Assembly (NCBI GenBank): GCA_050947035.1
Contig: JBMNVW010000002.1
Span: 4,820 to 68,819, forward strand
From: Patescibacteria group bacterium
Lineage (GTDB): Bacteria > Patescibacteriota > Microgenomatia > 0-14-0-10-38-17
Reading direction: 5' to 3'
DNA length: 64,000 bases
The notes under the pieces are model-generated. The model was given only the letters and a program-made list of their open reading frames with translations. It was not told where the DNA came from and made no database searches. This document shows, one piece after another, positions 60,687-64,000 of the stretch. The position numbers and the translations under genes are program-made. Numbering within the stretch: position 1 is the stretch's first letter; each line of letters starts with the position of its first letter.

Positions 60687-61427
60687 TTATTTTTGCCAAA
60701 TTACTCCTAGGGCTAAGCTATTTCTTTTCTTGGCCAAAAAATCTAAAACTTGTTGCTGATCTTGGGGAAGACTATCAGGATAAAAAAACTGAGAAGCCAA
60801 GTTATCAGTCTTCTTTTTTGTCCAAATCAGACAGGGCATAACCATCTCTACCAGAGAAAAACCTTGATAGGCAATCGCTTGCTTTATTATTTTTGTTGTC
60901 TCTTTTAGGTCAAAAGGATAAGCTCGAGCTAAAAATCCGGCCCCACTGGCGGCGGCCAAAAGCAAAGGCTTTAAGGGTGAATAAACAGACCCGGATGGTG
61001 TTGACTTAGTTGGTAGGTTTTTTGGAGTTACCGACGAGGCCTGCCCGGCCGTTAAAGCAAAAACTTGATTATTATGAAGTAAAACAGTAATATTGTCATT
61101 TCTTTGGGCAGCATGAATTAAATGATTTGCCCCCTCATTTAATAACCCCCCATCGCCTCCTTGAGCAATAACAGTTAAATCAGGATTAGCCAGTTTTGCC
61201 CCGACAGCAACCGGTACTGATCGACCATGAAGAGTAGCAAAGCCACAAACTCGCAAATTATTAATCATATTGCCCCCACAACCAATATCGTAAGTAACCA
61301 CAGTATCTTTTGGGTCAATCGCTAACTCCAGTAAAGACTTTTTTACCGCAGATAATACCGCAAAATTCCCGCAGCCCGGACACCAGGTAGGAATTTGAGA
61401 TGGAAAAGTATATTCAGATAAATCCAT
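60687..61427 (-). CDS. 2-oxoacid:ferredoxin oxidoreductase beta (TPP-binding) subunit, present as an orphan.
   Basis: The motifs WCPGCGN, DIGCGGN and GGDGG. No alpha subunit lies adjacent. Confidence 0.75.
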   Translation of the reverse strand: MDLSEYTFPSQIPTWCPGCGNFAVLSAVKKSLLELAIDPKDTVVTYDIGCGGNMINNLRVCGFATLHGRSVPVAVGAKLANPDLTVIAQGGDGGLLNEGANHLIHAAQRNDNITVLLHNNQVFALTAGQASSVTPKNLPTKSTPSGSVYSPLKPLLLAAASGAGFLARAYPFDLKETTKIIKQAIAYQGFSLVEMVMPCLIWTKKKTDNLASQFFYPDSLPQDQQQVLDFLAKKRNSLALGVIWQK

Positions 61428-61433
61428 TAGTTA

Positions 61434-61487
61434 AATTTCTAATTCTTAATTCTTAATTTCTATTCAATTTTTAATGATTTAATGTTT
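61434..61487. repeat. Family-F AT-rich element upstream of the korB-like gene.
   Basis: See the copy at 53877-53926. Confidence 0.7.
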
Positions 61488-61520
61488 TGAATGTTTTAGG
61501 ATTTAAAATTTGTTTGGAAA

Positions 61521-61540
61521 CCTGTCTGCCGACAGACAGG
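61521..61540 (-). terminator. GC-rich hairpin (cctgtctgccgacagacagg) downstream of dnaN; a candidate terminator of the same shape as the IVS-capping hairpins.
   Basis: A 9-bp perfect palindrome. On the minus strand it is followed by tttccaaacaaatttt. Confidence 0.4.
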
Positions 61541-61562
61541 TTGGGTTAATTGGAAATTATTA

Positions 61563-62675
61563 TTACTCTTCTTCTTGTATTTTTACCGGCATAATAATAT
61601 GTAAAAAATCTTTACTTTTGGGATTTTTAAAAATCACTGGTTTTTCTGACTCTTGCAACTCAATCACCACTTGATCGCTATCTAAATTAGTTAATAGATC
61701 AACCAAAAAGCGAAAATTAAAAGCCACTTTTTGATCTTTACCTTTAATTTGAGCCTCAACCTGACTAATGTTTTCTCCTAAAGAAGGAGCATTGGCAAAA
61801 ATCTCAATCTTGTGATCGGCAATAATTAATTTTATAGTGTTAGCTGATTCCCGAGCAAAAATAGAAGCTGTTCTTATTGCTCCCAAAAACTCTTCCCTGT
61901 CAACAGTAACCGTAGTTTCCTTATCCTGAGGAATAACTTTATCGATATTGGGATATTCCCCTTCTAATAAGCGAGAAGAAAATTCTAAGTTGGGTAAAAA
62001 GAAAACGGCTTGTTTTTCTTCACTGGCCAAGCCCAACTCCAATTCCGATAAATCATCCTCCGGCTTGTTTCTTACTAGTTCTGTTAATATTGTTGCTGGA
62101 ATAACAAAGTTAAGGTCAGAATATTTTTTCTCTAATTTAATTTTCTTAAAAGATAATCGATATCCATCGGTGGCTGATAATAAACAAATATCGTTATTAA
62201 ATTTAAAATTAACTCCCGATAAAACCGGTCGAGTATTATCGCTGGAGGCTGCAAAAACTACCTTTTCTAGGGCTTTAATAAACTTCTCATAAGGAAAAGA
62301 AACTTTTTTATTTGTTTTGGTGGGGATTTTGGGGAAATCATTAATTGAATTAGTTGGCAAATTAGCCGTAAAATTACCGCAAACAATTTTTAAATTTTCC
62401 TTTTTTTCTGTTAAAGTCACTTTCTCTGCTGGCAAAGAAGAAACAAAATCAGAGAAAGTTTTTGACAAAACAGCTACTCCTCCCTCAGAATCAATTTTGG
62501 CTCCACAATAATAATTAACTCCAGTCTCCAAATTAGTAGCGGAAATTTTAAGACGATTTTTTTCTGTTTTTAAAGCAATATTGGTAAGGATTGGCAGCTG
62601 AGGGTGAGAAGAAACAAAATGAGTAGCTACTGATAGGCCTTTATTTAAATTTTCTTGCAAAAGAGTAACTTTCAT
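61563..62675 (-). CDS. dnaN: DNA polymerase III beta subunit (sliding clamp).
   Basis: The sequence MKVTLLQENLNKGLSVATHFVS, a three-domain length of 370 aa, and a position next to dnaA. Confidence 0.9.
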   Translation of the reverse strand: MKVTLLQENLNKGLSVATHFVSSHPQLPILTNIALKTEKNRLKISATNLETGVNYYCGAKIDSEGGVAVLSKTFSDFVSSLPAEKVTLTEKKENLKIVCGNFTANLPTNSINDFPKIPTKTNKKVSFPYEKFIKALEKVVFAASSDNTRPVLSGVNFKFNNDICLLSATDGYRLSFKKIKLEKKYSDLNFVIPATILTELVRNKPEDDLSELELGLASEEKQAVFFLPNLEFSSRLLEGEYPNIDKVIPQDKETTVTVDREEFLGAIRTASIFARESANTIKLIIADHKIEIFANAPSLGENISQVEAQIKGKDQKVAFNFRFLVDLLTNLDSDQVVIELQESEKPVIFKNPKSKDFLHIIMPVKIQEEE

Positions 62676-63016
62676 AAATATTATTTTAACAGATATATTA
62701 ATAATATTAAAAAGTTTTAAGTAGTAGTATTAGTAGTATTAGGTAATGTTTATAAGTGGAATCAGGCATTTCTTGGGAAGGGGCGGTTTGTTGATTTTTA
62801 AAAAAAGAAGGGAACATTAGGAATTTTTTTAAATTGGTCTTATAGTTTGGTTTTAGTTTTGGTTTTTCTTTGTCTTTAAAAGTAGGAAAAAGTAATGCTT
62901 TTTGTGGAAAAAAATGATTTTCTTGTGGAAAAGCAGACCTTATCTTTTTACACAAATAAATCAAGCCCGGCTTTGAGCTTTCCCCAATAGTCCACAACAA
63001 CTCACAAAAATATTAA
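62676..63016. promoter_or_regulatory. dnaA-dnaN intergenic region; candidate oriC with degenerate DnaA-box-like 9-mers.
   Basis: It is AT-rich with tandem tagtagtatt repeats. The 9-mers ttttacaca and tagtccaca each match TTATCCACA at 7 of 9 positions. Confidence 0.4.
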
Positions 63017-64000
63017 TCAGGATTGAAGATTATTTCTGATTTGGTTGATGTTAGACCTTAAGCCTTGATTGTTCGAGTATTCCCGTTCAATTTTATCTAC
63101 GGCATACATTATTGAAGTATGGTCTCGGCCACCAACGAGATCACCAATTTTCATTAACGGCAAGTCTAAATCTTTTCTCAATAAATAAATAGCAATATGG
63201 CGGGCAGTAACTAATTCCGACTTACGGCTTTTTCCACAAAGCTCTTTAGTTTTAAAGGAAAAGTGCTTGGCGGTTCGGGAAAGAACTGTTCTTGGGGTGA
63301 CTCTTTTGGTTTTCTTTTTTCTTAGGGAGCCAAATAAATTTTGGGCAAATTCTAGGTCAACTTGACCATCATTGCTTTGGGCTTTAATTACTAGTCGAAG
63401 TAGGGCCCCCTCTAACTCTCTAATATTAGATTCTATTGTTTCGGCTAAAAAAGCGGCCACCTCTTCAGGCAGGGAAAAATTTTTTTCTTGAGCTTTTTGT
63501 TTAAGAATTGCCAGCCTCATTTCATAATCGGGTGGTTGAATATCAACGGTTAAACCACCCATAAAACGAGAAATTAATCGATCTTCAACCTTAGGAATTT
63601 CTTCTGGTTTACGGTCAGAAGTTAGGACAACCTGTCGACCTGACAAATAAAGAGCGTTAAAGGTGTGGAAGAATTCCTCTTGAGAATATTCTTTACCGGC
63701 AATAAATTGAATATCGTCAACCAAGAGACAATCGCATTTTCTATATTTATCTTTAAACTTAGTAATAGTTTTCTTTTGCAAAGCTTCAACTAATTCATTA
63801 GTAAAGGTTTCAGCGCTGACATAAAGAACTTTAAGGTTTTTATTTTTTTTGGCAATAGCATTGCCGATGGCATGAGTAAGATGGGTTTTGCCCACCCCTA
63901 CTCCACCCCAAACAAAAAAGGGATTATAAGTTTGGCCGGGGTTTTTAACAATGGCTTGGGCGGCGGCATGAGCAAAATTATTAGCCGAACCAACCACAAA
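63017..64000 (-). CDS. dnaA: Chromosomal replication initiator DnaA (the N-terminus lies beyond the window end).
   Basis: AAA+ Walker A motif GGVGVGKTHL, the domain IV DNA-binding motif (VTARHIAIYLLRK...DHTS), and a C-terminus at 63017. Confidence 0.9.
   Translation of the reverse strand, partial: FVVGSANNFAHAAAQAIVKNPGQTYNPFFVWGGVGVGKTHLTHAIGNAIAKKNKNLKVLYVSAETFTNELVEALQKKTITKFKDKYRKCDCLLVDDIQFIAGKEYSQEEFFHTFNALYLSGRQVVLTSDRKPEEIPKVEDRLISRFMGGLTVDIQPPDYEMRLAILKQKAQEKNFSLPEEVAAFLAETIESNIRELEGALLRLVIKAQSNDGQVDLEFAQNLFGSLRKKKTKRVTPRTVLSRTAKHFSFKTKELCGKSRKSELVTARHIAIYLLRKDLDLPLMKIGDLVGGRDHTSIMYAVDKIEREYSNNQGLRSNINQIRNNLQS

Noticed and set aside
62707-63000. 97-aa ORF in the dnaA-dnaN spacer.
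   Set aside because: Low-complexity K/F/L-rich translation of AT-rich origin-like DNA. The position is better explained as oriC or a promoter region.

Overview
The window looks like a streamlined chromosome from a Candidate Phyla Radiation (Patescibacteria-type) bacterium, with the replication-origin region (dnaN, dnaA) at its right edge.

Main content:
- Bases 2-8242 encode a giant surface protein (more than 2,746 aa, 5'-partial) with tail-fibre-like G(N)VGIGTT repeats and a peptidase-S74 intramolecular-chaperone module.
- A minus-strand rRNA operon reads 16S, tRNA-Ile, tRNA-Ala, 23S, 5S. The 16S is interrupted near its 3' end by an intron encoding a LAGLIDADG homing endonuclease. The 23S carries four IVS-like insertions that share a repeat family with the intergenic spacer and with elements elsewhere in the window.
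- Housekeeping genes: rho, radA, an S1-domain protein, an LCP protein, pth, and a tight glycolysis/pentose-phosphate cluster (tpi, rpiB, pgk, gap, rpe, split transketolase, class I aldolase, PfkB kinase).
- Cell-wall genes: two convergent class A PBPs, a beta-lactamase-like serine hydrolase, and a LysM/M23 peptidase.
- Other gene pairs and clusters: an ATP-dependent DNA ligase next to a Fic AMPylase; a trx-YibE/F-(ATP-cone + restriction-endonuclease)-DUF59 cluster; a GIY-YIG nuclease nested in MITE-like repeats.
- The intergenic DNA is dense with at least six families of small structured repeats, and one copy sits inside the giant gene's coding sequence.

No CRISPR array or canonical prophage is present. 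The most unusual items are the giant S74-containing fibre protein and the IVS-like element family spread across the rRNA and protein-gene spacers.
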